This document shows positions 18,095 to 26,554 of a DNA stretch of 40,711 bases, piece after piece (positions within the stretch are counted from its first letter, which is position 1; each line of letters opens with the position of its first letter). Source of the DNA: a virus (Duplodnaviria; Caudoviricetes); the IMG/VR virus record IMGVR_UViG_3300037589_000063, positions 1 through 40,711 of that record; one strand, written 5' to 3'. The notes below the pieces were generated by a model. The model saw nothing but the letters and a program-made list of their open reading frames with translations, did not search any database and had not been told where the DNA came from. A program made the position numbers and the translations under genes.

Positions 18095-19132
18095 TCAGGC
18101 CTCCTTTCCGAAGAGGGATTTCGCGGTGGCGTCGTAAGCCGCCGGATCGACGCCCATCATGGCGAGGACCTTGTCATCCTCCTCCGTGCGCGCGGCCTCG
18201 CCCGCCTTCGGCGCGGGGCGCTTGCCCAGGCCACCGGCATGAAGAGACGGCATGAGGGCGATCTCGCTCTCGACGTCCTTCGGGGACTTCATGTGCCGCG
18301 CGATCATGTGATCGCGAAGGGCGGGCACGATCTTGCCGGCTTCGATGGCCGCCTCGACCACGCTGACCGCCTTGTCCTGGGCGGCGGAAGACGCAAGCGA
18401 GGTCAGCTGGCTCTGCAGTGACGTGATCTGCTTGACCAGTTCGTCGCGGTCGGCATCGCCGGTCGATGCCGCCTTCGCCTGGATCGCAGTGACCAGGGCG
18501 TCCCCGTCGGCATCGGCGTCAACACCGGCGGCCTTGGTGATCCGGCCCATCAGCGCGGCGTTCGCGGTGTTGGCCGCATGGGCGGACGTGACAGCCGCGA
18601 TCACGGCAGCCTCATCAGCGGTTTCGGGAAGGCCAAGCGCCTTCCGAAGCTCTTCAAGCATCGTTTGATCCTCTTGTGAGTGGAGCGATTTGAGGGAAGA
18701 AAGATTGGGATCGTTGGTCAGCGAGACGCGCTGAATGGTGAACACCCGGAACGGCCGCGTCGCGGTGTGCAAAAGCACTGGCGAAAGGTAGCCATAGGCC
18801 TTGTCCTCGACGAGCGCCTTGCCGGTCTCGGTCCATTCGACCCGCCCCCAGACGCCATCCTCGCGCGCCTGCATCTCGACGATCCAGCCACGCGCCGGCG
18901 ACGGATGGCCGGACTTGCCGGCAAGGTCGATGGAATGGTTCTCGTCAACCGGGATCTTCGTGCCGGCACTGTTGAACCGTGCGACAAGAGCACTTGCGTC
19001 CTCGACGATGTAGGGTCCGCGGCGATCCATCCCGGTGAAGGACTTTTCGGCGGGCAGCAGATGCAACCATTCCGGCGCGCCGCCACCGGCGGCGTTCATC
19101 GACATGACAAGTGTGCTGGCTGATTTCTTCAT
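18095..19132 (-). CDS. Prohead protease I with C-terminal scaffold (Z) region
   Basis: Start MKKS at 19132. PVDENH, SPARGWI, GVWGRVEWT..G, YLSPV, and SLTNDPNL motifs. Internal RBS-ATG at 18661. Confidence 0.93.
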   Translation of the reverse strand: MKKSASTLVMSMNAAGGGAPEWLHLLPAEKSFTGMDRRGPYIVEDASALVARFNSAGTKIPVDENHSIDLAGKSGHPSPARGWIVEMQAREDGVWGRVEWTETGKALVEDKAYGYLSPVLLHTATRPFRVFTIQRVSLTNDPNLSSLKSLHSQEDQTMLEELRKALGLPETADEAAVIAAVTSAHAANTANAALMGRITKAAGVDADADGDALVTAIQAKAASTGDADRDELVKQITSLQSQLTSLASSAAQDKAVSVVEAAIEAGKIVPALRDHMIARHMKSPKDVESEIALMPSLHAGGLGKRPAPKAGEAARTEEDDKVLAMMGVDPAAYDATAKSLFGKEA

Positions 19133-19138
19133 GGCCGG

Positions 19139-19185
19139 AAATTGCCATGGCGGGCGAGACGATATCATGCCCGCACGCGCGGGCA
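19139..19185 (-). promoter_or_regulatory. Late promoter (PI-equivalent): dyad plus -10 (CAATTT)
   Basis: ATGCCCGC-acgc-GCGGGCA at 19167-19185, 22 bp from AAATTG at 19139-19144. Confidence 0.72.
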
Positions 19186-19206
19186 GGTCCGAAGGATGTC
19201 AGGGGA

Positions 19207-19713
19207 TCAGCGGCGGGTGGAGTGTCGCTCCAGAAACCCGAAGACGGTTTCCGCGATCATCGCCTCGTCATCAGAAGATATACCGAGGAAGGGTCGAGCC
19301 GGCAAGGTGACCTTGTCGGCCTTGACCAGGCTACCCCCGATGCGGAACCAGAGATGGGTCGCGGACTTCGGAACGATGGTCCCGCCGAACTGGTGAATGC
19401 CCGCATAGATGACGTTGGTTCCGACCAGGACTTCGTCATTGCCCGGCCGGGAGTTGATGCTGTCCCGCAGTCGGCCGCTCTCGGTGAGGATGCGTGAGTT
19501 TCTCTTACCAGCGGCGTAAGCCGAATTGAGCGCGGCCCATGCCTGGCCTTCCGGATCTGTCTGGGTGACGAAACGCATATGGGTCGAGCCGACCAGGCCG
19601 GTGCCGATTGCCGCCATCACCGGCGTGGTGTTGACCATCCGGCGTTCGAGTTGACGAAAGCCGCGCCGGACTTCGGCGTCCCGGACTTGCATCGTGATGG
19701 AGACGCCGCTCAT
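19207..19713 (-). CDS. Virion morphogenesis protein gp31 (Mu G, tail completion S family)
   Basis: DPEG..W..L, L..SGRLRDSI, VGTNVIYAGIHQFGG, and PARPFLGIS motifs. Confidence 0.95.
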   Translation of the reverse strand: MSGVSITMQVRDAEVRRGFRQLERRMVNTTPVMAAIGTGLVGSTHMRFVTQTDPEGQAWAALNSAYAAGKRNSRILTESGRLRDSINSRPGNDEVLVGTNVIYAGIHQFGGTIVPKSATHLWFRIGGSLVKADKVTLPARPFLGISSDDEAMIAETVFGFLERHSTRR

Positions 19714-19718
19714 GCCAT

Positions 19719-19747
19719 TTGCCTTTGCCGTCCCGCCCCACTATATT
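19719..19747 (+). promoter_or_regulatory. Antisense sigma70 promoter in the gp30-gp31 gap
   Basis: TTGCCT (19719-24), 17-bp spacer, TATATT (19742-47). No credible + strand protein gene follows. Confidence 0.65.
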
Positions 19748-19754
19748 CTGAACA

Positions 19755-19825
19755 GACGCGCCGAGCAGAACGCGGGCTCCTGTCGAGAGCCTTGGGATCA
19801 GCATATTCGGCCCCCCGGCGCGTCA
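19755..19825 (+). ncRNA. Putative tRNA-like small RNA with a GUC anticodon-like stem-loop
   Basis: 9-bp closing stem GACGCGCCG/CGGCGCGTC, internal GGCTC-CTGTCGA-GAGCC, and a weaker GGGATC..GGCCCC arm. Begins 8 nt after the -10 box. Confidence 0.6.
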
Positions 19826-20914
19826 TTTCTCACCCAGGATACGTGCAAGCTGTTTCGGATTGGTCCGGCGCAAAGATGTCAGATAGACCTCTTGCCGCCC
19901 GTCGAGTTTCCGCACGATCTTGAGCGCCGCGTACCAGGGCGCACCATCGAAGTCCGCGGTGATCCCCCATTTGCCTTCCGCATTCCTTACGAGCCGGCCT
20001 GTTCTGACCAGGTGCGCCGGCAGGACGCCATAGGCTGCAGGCGTCGCCACCTTGTGCTTGAGGTGAGACCGGACCGTGTCGGCCGACAGGCGGATCTCGG
20101 TGCCAGCCTTGACCGCCAGGCTTGCAGACATCTCCTCCGACGCGATCGCGACGGGCGTCCAGGTTCCGTCAGGCCACTTACCCCGCAGCGACGAACTCAC
20201 GAAGGCTGCCACCTGCGCCTCGTCGGCGGACACCGCGACCGGTCCCGGCGCGGTCTGCTCCAGCCAGGCCTGGCCGGGATTGTAGGCAAACGACGGATCG
20301 ACGCCGCGCGGCTGGTCGGTTCCGAGCTGATCGAGATCCGGTGACTGATCCGGTCCGGATTTGCCCAGGCGACGAAGACCGGGCTTTGAGACCGGCGTGA
20401 CGAAGCAGCCGCAGCGAAACCCGTTGGGCGGGTAGTTGGTCTGCCAGAATGGATCGTCCGCAGCCAGGCACAAACCATCCCATGCCTTGTGATCGACACG
20501 GGGATGAACAGCCCCCGAATGGTTGTATTGCCAGTAGGGGAAAGCCGCGAGCGTGTCGGGCGCGCTCATCTGGGCGTAGCGGCCGGCAGCGTAAGCCGTT
20601 CTCAAATTGGTCTCAAAGATCGTTTGAGTGCGCCAGCCGCGTTCACCATTGTAGGACCAGCCGTGTCGCTTGACGATCGCGTCGAAGTCCTTGAGGAAGT
20701 CCGCAAGCGTCGTGCCCTGTTCTGCCGCCCTGACCATTGACGCCTGGAAGTCCTCGACGATGGCGCGGCTGTTCGCGCCGGCCACCATGAACATCCTGGA
20801 ATGGGCTGCGTTCCAGACGTCACGCCAGCTTTCCGTCGGGATTGCCGTCTTCTGCCTGAGAAAGGCGATCGCTTCATCGAAAGGGAGATCCAGCGCCTGG
20901 GCCGTGGTTGTCAT
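19823..20914 (-). CDS. Minor head protein gp30 (MuF) with C-terminal PBECR/BECR-like putative RNase domain
   Basis: MuF motifs (FMVAG, IFETNLRTAYAAGRY, R..H.AWDG, PPNGFRCGC.V, GVDPSFAYNPG), then ~140 extra aa with LS.DT..SH.KH and a terminal VYLTSLRR strand. Confidence 0.85.
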   Translation of the reverse strand: MTTTAQALDLPFDEAIAFLRQKTAIPTESWRDVWNAAHSRMFMVAGANSRAIVEDFQASMVRAAEQGTTLADFLKDFDAIVKRHGWSYNGERGWRTQTIFETNLRTAYAAGRYAQMSAPDTLAAFPYWQYNHSGAVHPRVDHKAWDGLCLAADDPFWQTNYPPNGFRCGCFVTPVSKPGLRRLGKSGPDQSPDLDQLGTDQPRGVDPSFAYNPGQAWLEQTAPGPVAVSADEAQVAAFVSSSLRGKWPDGTWTPVAIASEEMSASLAVKAGTEIRLSADTVRSHLKHKVATPAAYGVLPAHLVRTGRLVRNAEGKWGITADFDGAPWYAALKIVRKLDGRQEVYLTSLRRTNPKQLARILGEK

Positions 20915-20934
20915 GCTCGGCTGTCCATTGGCTT

Positions 20935-21033
20935 CGTTTTCAAAGGCGCTTCAAAGCCCGTCAGCGCGTTTTTCGGGTTCGCGCGGGGGTTCGTGCCCAC
21001 GAGGCCGTCTGCGAGCCTCTGTGGGCCGTTTTT
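20935..21033. other. Central intergenic element: phased TTCAAA repeats (candidate strong gyrase site) plus a hairpin with a + strand T-tract
   Basis: TTCAAA at 20939 and 20950, with further T/TC phasing near 20961 and 20971. Hairpin GCCCACGAGGC/GCCTCTGTGGGC at 20995-21026, then TTTTT. About 0.6 kb from the genome midpoint. Confidence 0.45.
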
Positions 21034-22601
21034 CATGACCGTGCTTTCACACTGTCGATCAGGCTAGCCTGGCCAGCGAGATGCGCAAGCGCCATGCCCC
21101 TGGCCATGGCCTCGGTCAACTGATCGGGTTCAAGGTTGAGGCGCGACAGGCGCTCGGCCGCATCGCGCAGATCACTCGCCTGCTGCAGAGCTTCGCGGAC
21201 CTCGTCGATCATGCCGTTCATCGCGCCGGCGGCGTCCTGCTCCAGCCGCTCGGACAGACGGTCAACGAGATCCGGCTGCGGTTCGGTCGTGAACAGCGAG
21301 GACATGCTCTGCCTGGATGCCTGTTCAGGCTTCTCGCTGCCACTGTCCTGAACTGGTACAGCCCGCCCGCCGACCAGAACAGCATTGGCCTTCGGAGCGG
21401 GAATGCCCAGGCGATCTCGCAGATAGCTTTCTTCGGCCGTCAGACCATGGCGCGCCAGCTTGTCAAAGGCCGTGGCGAAGTCCTCAAGCGGAACCTCGTC
21501 CGGCCGGCCGATCTTCACTTTCGGATAGTGATCCTGCGGCCCGAAATTGAACGCCACGATGTTGGGGATCAGTTGGGCATTGAGCGTGGACGAGATCGAC
21601 AGCGCGTCGGAGCGCTCAATGTCTTCCTGGACAAGGCGGTGTTCCTGAGCGACCGCATGCCCACCTGAGACCGCGTCCGTCGTCGTGGTCTGGCCGAGCA
21701 CCAGCTTGGAGATCTGACGATCGAGCCAGTCGGCGCGGCGCTCATACATGTCCGTCGAACTCGACTTGGAGCCGACTTCGTGAAACTCGATCAGCATGTC
21801 GCGCGGAACGATTGCCGCGCAGTCACCGGCAATCCCCGAGACCGCGCGCCACAGCACATCCTTTTCGGCCTCCGTCGCTCCGCGTCCATACTTGCCGATG
21901 CGGATGGGCTGGCCGTAATTCTGGCAGAAGATCGCCCAGTCCTTGACCGTGAAGGACTTGAACATCCATGCCCACAAGGCGGTGCGGGCAATACCGGACC
22001 GGATGGTCAGGCCCGATTTGGTCTTGTGGCGGTGAACGATGAATTTGTGCGCGGCCAGCGGAACGTTCGCCACACCTTCGCGCAGCAGCACAGTCTCGCC
22101 ATCCTCCCGGTCAAAGGTGAACCAGCGCTGGGTGCGCCAGATCAGCTCGCGTGGGCAGAGCTGACCGGCGTTGTGCTTCCAGTCGATCTCCATGACGGAG
22201 ATGCCCTTGCCGATGGCGTCGAGCATGTCGAACAGTGACGCCCGCAGGATATCGTCATCGATCCATGACTGGATCAGTTCGGCGTGTTTCTTGTGCTCCG
22301 CGCTGTCTGAGGCGCTCGCAACAGTGATCGGCAGCTGCGCTACCGATCGTTTCCTTGTGGCCATGACGGCCGCGTAGTGAAGATCCCGCTCCTCAATGTC
22401 CTCGGCCAGTTCGAAATAGGCTTCCGGCTCGCCCTCGGCCGCCGCACGCAGAATGGTGGCGAGACGCTGCGGCGTGAGACCGTCCGCCGGATGGGCGGAG
22501 ATCGGCTGTCGGACGCCACCCACCTGGGCGCCGGCGATCTCGCCAGTCAGGGTCTTCAAAGGGATAACGCGGTTGAGCCAGTCGCGAAGCGAAGCCATCA
22601 A
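21033..22601 (-). CDS. Portal protein gp29 (DUF935)
   Basis: GLTPQRLA.IL, L.EDIEERD.H, W..FCQNYG.PIRIGKY, and ISKLVLGQT.TT motifs. Confidence 0.96.
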   Translation of the reverse strand: MMASLRDWLNRVIPLKTLTGEIAGAQVGGVRQPISAHPADGLTPQRLATILRAAAEGEPEAYFELAEDIEERDLHYAAVMATRKRSVAQLPITVASASDSAEHKKHAELIQSWIDDDILRASLFDMLDAIGKGISVMEIDWKHNAGQLCPRELIWRTQRWFTFDREDGETVLLREGVANVPLAAHKFIVHRHKTKSGLTIRSGIARTALWAWMFKSFTVKDWAIFCQNYGQPIRIGKYGRGATEAEKDVLWRAVSGIAGDCAAIVPRDMLIEFHEVGSKSSSTDMYERRADWLDRQISKLVLGQTTTTDAVSGGHAVAQEHRLVQEDIERSDALSISSTLNAQLIPNIVAFNFGPQDHYPKVKIGRPDEVPLEDFATAFDKLARHGLTAEESYLRDRLGIPAPKANAVLVGGRAVPVQDSGSEKPEQASRQSMSSLFTTEPQPDLVDRLSERLEQDAAGAMNGMIDEVREALQQASDLRDAAERLSRLNLEPDQLTEAMARGMALAHLAGQASLIDSVKARS

Positions 22602-24256
22602 AGTGATCCTCTCAGGTAAACGTCGATCGATCGGGAGCGGTCATCTCCATGACGCGCTCGCCGCGCCTGCTCGGCAGCGACAACCGGACGATCGGTCTCA
22701 TACTCGTAGGCGATGTAGTCCTGGCAACTTGCAAAGAAGGCGAGCGCGCCGGCTGGCGCGGTGTCGCCATGGCGATCGTAGCCATCGGCACCCTTGGTCG
22801 AATGCCCATCGGGAACCTTGATGATGCCGCCGACATAGGCGAGCGCCTGGTGATCGGCGAGAATGTCGGCGTCGTAGGGATAGAGAACCGTCTTGTCGCT
22901 GAAGGCCTCGGTGTAGGCCGGCATGTTCACGCTGTACCATTTCTGGGAGAGCATGACCTCGACGATGCATTCGCCGTAGCGCTGGCGCGCCTTCTCGGCC
23001 AGGAACGCGCCATTGCCGGTGGCGTCCAGCGCGCCGCCCATCAGGCGCGGTATCCGGTCCACAATGTAGAAAAGGATGTCGCGCTGCTGATCGAACGGGA
23101 TGTTCTTCAGCTCAACGACAAGACGTGCACGGCGGACCAGGTCCGTGCCGATCTCGGGAACGATGATCGCTGTCTTGTCGCCCTTGCGGGCAAAGTCTTC
23201 GCCAAAGCAGTGTTCCCGCTCGGGATCCAGGGCATCGAGCAGCGGTTTGAGAACGGTCTCGCAGAACTCCAGCGCCTCCGCCTCGCGGACCTCGTCCGAC
23301 ATTTCCTTGAACTCATCGGGCCGGTCCCAGCGAACCACCGGCGGCAGATCGCGCGACATGCAGCTCTCGATCAGGACGCGGGTGAGTGCTGCGCCTTCGG
23401 CTTCGGCCGGGATCGCATCGAGCTCCTGTTTCATCTTCGCAGTGCGTGTTCCGTAGGAGCCTCGGATCTGGGCTTCCCAGGCTGCTTCCTTCTCCGGCGT
23501 CCATTCCGTGCCCTTGATCAGGCAGACGCGCTTGTAGAGCCCGTTCCGGACAGCCAGACCGAATGAATAGGTGTGAACCGAGAACGGGATCTTGCCAGCG
23601 TCGGCTTCGCGGATCAGCTCGTTGAACGGATTTTGAACCCCATTGTGCGAACTGATCACGCGGATCTTGCCGCCCCAGATCAGCAGTGCGTTGACGGCGT
23701 CCAGCACGTCGCGGACGTTCTTGTGAAACGCGGCCTCGTCGATGACCACGACGCCCTGAAGACCACGAATGTTCTCCGGCCGTGACGACAGCGCCTCGAC
23801 CCGAAAGCCGGATGCAAACGAGATCCGGAAGCTGGAAATGAATTTGGTGGTGCCGTCTTCGCGCTCATCAATAAAGACACTGTCCTCGATCGTGAGCATC
23901 TCCTTGGCGACAGTCTTGGCGAAATGCGCCACATAGCCGATGAATTCGCGGCCCTTGTCCTTGGTGTCGCCGATGTAGAACACGTTCTGCCCGCCGGCCG
24001 ATCGCTTGGCTGCGGCGATCAGGGTGTCGTCAAGCGCCTCGGCGAAGGTGATGCCTGTTCGCCGGCCCTTGGCGCAAACCTTCAGGTCGCTCTCGTCTTC
24101 AAGCCACTCGGCCTGGTGAGCCATCAGAACGCCCTCGGCCAGGGGATCGAGATCCTCGGGGATCTCGGCACCGCGCGGCAGTGCCTCGGGAAGCTCATCC
24201 GCCTCACGCGCAAGGATGGGCGGATCGATCCATTGGGTGTCCGGAAGCTCTGTCAT
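22598..24256 (-). CDS. Terminase large subunit gp28
   Basis: K.RRTGITFAEA (Walker A-like), LRG.QG-like NIRGLQG, VVIDEAAFH (Walker B), GEDFAR.GD, DATGNG, and HGD motifs. Confidence 0.96.
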   Translation of the reverse strand: MTELPDTQWIDPPILAREADELPEALPRGAEIPEDLDPLAEGVLMAHQAEWLEDESDLKVCAKGRRTGITFAEALDDTLIAAAKRSAGGQNVFYIGDTKDKGREFIGYVAHFAKTVAKEMLTIEDSVFIDEREDGTTKFISSFRISFASGFRVEALSSRPENIRGLQGVVVIDEAAFHKNVRDVLDAVNALLIWGGKIRVISSHNGVQNPFNELIREADAGKIPFSVHTYSFGLAVRNGLYKRVCLIKGTEWTPEKEAAWEAQIRGSYGTRTAKMKQELDAIPAEAEGAALTRVLIESCMSRDLPPVVRWDRPDEFKEMSDEVREAEALEFCETVLKPLLDALDPEREHCFGEDFARKGDKTAIIVPEIGTDLVRRARLVVELKNIPFDQQRDILFYIVDRIPRLMGGALDATGNGAFLAEKARQRYGECIVEVMLSQKWYSVNMPAYTEAFSDKTVLYPYDADILADHQALAYVGGIIKVPDGHSTKGADGYDRHGDTAPAGALAFFASCQDYIAYEYETDRPVVAAEQARRARHGDDRSRSIDVYLRGSL

Positions 24257-24915
24257 TCCGACGCATCACCTGTTTCAGGCTCGGCCTGATCTGCCTTCGG
24301 CCGCACGCCAAGGAAGTCGAGGCGCAGCTGGGCGATGCGTTCGGCCGAGATCCCGCTTTCCTTTGCGACGGCGGCCAGGGCCTTGTCGGTCTTGGCGGCA
24401 AACTCGTCCTCGCGCCGCTTTGCCTCCTCCGCGGCTTTCTCATCAACCTTGATGCGCCGGTTCGTCGATGCGACCTGGGCGGCATTCGCGGCTCGCAGCG
24501 CATTGGCCAATTCCATCGCGCCTTTCGGGTTGAGGCCGGCCTCTCCGCCTTGCTGCAGAAGTTCGAAGATCAGGGTCTTGATGGCTTCTGCGGCAATCAG
24601 GGTCAGATCGTCGGACGCGGACGCATCCATGCGCTTGGAAATCGTCGCAGCTATCTCGCGTGTCTGCTCCAGCCGGCGCGTCATCTGGGACAGCCGGATC
24701 GAATAGCGGTTGAAGGCCGAGAACGACGGGATATCGAAGCCAAGGCCGGTTTCTCCCTGGAGCGCGATCAGCTTCTGTTTCCACTCGGCATAAATGTCGA
24801 GTTGGGTCCGGTTGCGGTCAGCCAGTTCCTGCGCTGCCCAGGCGATGATGTCGCTGCACTCCTCCGGCAACTTGTCGATCGACGACAGCCATTCGCGCCC
24901 TTTGGCCATGATCAA
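24253..24915 (-). CDS. Terminase small subunit gp27 (DUF3486)
   Basis: SSIDKLPEE and S.SAFNRY motifs; precedes the large subunit. Confidence 0.9.
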   Translation of the reverse strand: MIMAKGREWLSSIDKLPEECSDIIAWAAQELADRNRTQLDIYAEWKQKLIALQGETGLGFDIPSFSAFNRYSIRLSQMTRRLEQTREIAATISKRMDASASDDLTLIAAEAIKTLIFELLQQGGEAGLNPKGAMELANALRAANAAQVASTNRRIKVDEKAAEEAKRREDEFAAKTDKALAAVAKESGISAERIAQLRLDFLGVRPKADQAEPETGDASE

Positions 24916-25226
24916 GTGCTCCTGGAGGGGCTCGGCCGCTTGACACCCTCAAGCACCCGCCGGCGCTCGACATGGTCAAGACCAGGCTCTATCAGCTCGG
25001 CGATCATGGCGGTGCCGGCTTCGGTCAGCTTCACCGCGCCGACGCTGCGCTCAAGCCAGCGCAACTGATTGCGCACATACTCCCGTCCGCGCTTGATGGC
25101 GAAGGCTTCGAGCATGGTGGTCAACATACTGTCGGACAACCGGTAATCGGTCTCGCCTGCCAGCGCCTTGAGGATCACCAGCCGGGCCTCGGTATCGTAG
25201 TGTTCGGCATAGCCCTCAAACATCAT
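24912..25226 (-). CDS. Mu gp26-like winged-helix protein
   Basis: RLVILKAL, L.WL, and G.DH......LEGVKRPSP motifs. Confidence 0.85.
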   Translation of the reverse strand: MMFEGYAEHYDTEARLVILKALAGETDYRLSDSMLTTMLEAFAIKRGREYVRNQLRWLERSVGAVKLTEAGTAMIAELIEPGLDHVERRRVLEGVKRPSPSRST

Positions 25227-25624
25227 TTGCCCTTTCCAGAGAGTGAGATCAGAAAGTTCTCGATCCGGGAAACCGCGGCCCCGGTTGCATTCGTGGTGCC
25301 GTTCAAGGCGATCATCCGTTCGTCCATCCGGGCGAAACCTGTCTCCAGCTTGTGCATGTCCTGCCGGGTTGGTCGTGAGACGAGATCATGTTCGATGTCG
25401 CCGATCCGCTTGTCGAAGCTGCCCAGACGCTCATTGATGGAACGAAGTTCAGTCATGACCTCACCGCCAGCCTCCGGGCTTTGTTCGTTTTCCTTTGCTT
25501 GCGGACTGAAACCCAGCCAGCCCTTTGCCTTGGCGATCACAGCGCCCGCCGCGAGGATCGCAACGCCGAGCGCCGCGCCCAATGGCCCGGCCTGCTCGAT
25601 CAGCTTGTTACCCAGTTCATCCAT
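25223..25624 (-). CDS. Mu gp25-like membrane protein (DUF2730)
   Basis: N-terminal TM, coiled coil, PT..DMHKLE, and RIENFL motifs. Confidence 0.8.
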   Translation of the reverse strand: MDELGNKLIEQAGPLGAALGVAILAAGAVIAKAKGWLGFSPQAKENEQSPEAGGEVMTELRSINERLGSFDKRIGDIEHDLVSRPTRQDMHKLETGFARMDERMIALNGTTNATGAAVSRIENFLISLSGKGK

Positions 25625-25837
25625 TCATCTTTCCAGTTCGCAGGCTGTCTGACACTCTATGCAACGCTCGGCGAAAGGTGCGGCGCGGCGGCGTTCATCC
25701 GGGATCGCGCATCCGCAATCCCGGCAGTCTGTTCGCCCGAACCCGGCAACCAGTCTGGTCGCCTGCTCAAGCTTCAGGTCGCGCTCCCGCGCGACCCGCT
25801 CCTCGGCCTGTTCGATCATGAAATCCGAGGCGCTCAC
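25625..25837 (-). CDS. TraR/DksA-type C4 zinc-finger protein
   Basis: C.DCG..IPDERRRA.P..ERCIECQ. Confidence 0.9.
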   Translation of the reverse strand: MSASDFMIEQAEERVARERDLKLEQATRLVAGFGRTDCRDCGCAIPDERRRAAPFAERCIECQTACELER

Positions 25838-26376
25838 GGCTTGCCCCGTTTGAGCACCGCATCAATGACGTTCCGGCCGAGATCCTTGACGGTGTGGCCG
25901 CCCATGTAGAGTGCCATGAACCAGGAGGTGAGCGTCATGAGCGTGGCGAGATCAACCATCTCGATCACCACGCCCCCGCCCGAGCCAAGCCGCTGGTTGA
26001 CGATCGGAGCCACGATGATCCGCCAGATCCAGAAGATGGCGAGCAGATACATCCAGCCGTAGCGCCAGAAGGACTGCCAGAAGCCTTCCCTGGTCTCGGC
26101 CTGGAGAAGCGCGAACTGCCCCTCAAGCCCCCTTGTGTAGAGTTCGATCAGCTCCGGCATGTCGGCTTCAGTGGCAAGGACGGCGTCCTTGAGCTCGGCG
26201 GGCTTGAGAGCTTCAAGCTCGATCGGCTCGACACCTGCCTTCTCCGCCACCGTCTTGATCACTGTTTCGGCAAGTTCGCCGCCAGCCGGGCCGATCCGTT
26301 TGGTAAGCACCGATTTGATCAGGGGGGCGCCAACTTCCATAGCGATGCCCAGCACGATCGTAGCAAGCCCGTTCAT
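25834..26376 (-). CDS. Putative holin (3TM/GTA-holin-like)
   Basis: Start MNGLA at 26376. WR.GWMY TM segment and LYMGGHTVKD C-terminus; in the lysis cassette. Confidence 0.65.
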   Translation of the reverse strand: MNGLATIVLGIAMEVGAPLIKSVLTKRIGPAGGELAETVIKTVAEKAGVEPIELEALKPAELKDAVLATEADMPELIELYTRGLEGQFALLQAETREGFWQSFWRYGWMYLLAIFWIWRIIVAPIVNQRLGSGGGVVIEMVDLATLMTLTSWFMALYMGGHTVKDLGRNVIDAVLKRGKP

Positions 26377-26377
26377 G

Positions 26378-26554
26378 TCAGAAACCTCCCAGGATGTAGA
26401 CCAGCAAGCCGGTTGCGACCAAGGCGCAGACGAGCCAGCGCGCGCCGGGATGGCCCTGGCCGGCCAGCAGGCTGAGAAGCGCGAAGGCTCCGGCACCGAA
26501 GACGGTAAGAACCAGAATGATGATGACGAAGCTTGAGCTGAGAAACTCCGTCAT
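26378..26554 (-). CDS. Small two-TM membrane protein (holin/antiholin candidate)
   Basis: Start MTEFL at 26554 overlaps the endolysin stop; 58 aa, almost entirely hydrophobic. Confidence 0.6.
   Translation of the reverse strand: MTEFLSSSFVIIILVLTVFGAGAFALLSLLAGQGHPGARWLVCALVATGLLVYILGGF

Noticed and set aside
19755-19825. Canonical tRNA-Asp gene
   Set aside because: 9-bp acceptor-like stem, no D-arm, no GTTCRA T-loop and no CCA; reported as tRNA-like ncRNA instead.
19694-20344. 216-aa + strand ORF as an immunity protein for the MuF toxin
   Set aside because: Starts upstream of the antisense promoter, inside gp31, and overlaps gp30 in antisense; no protein-like features.
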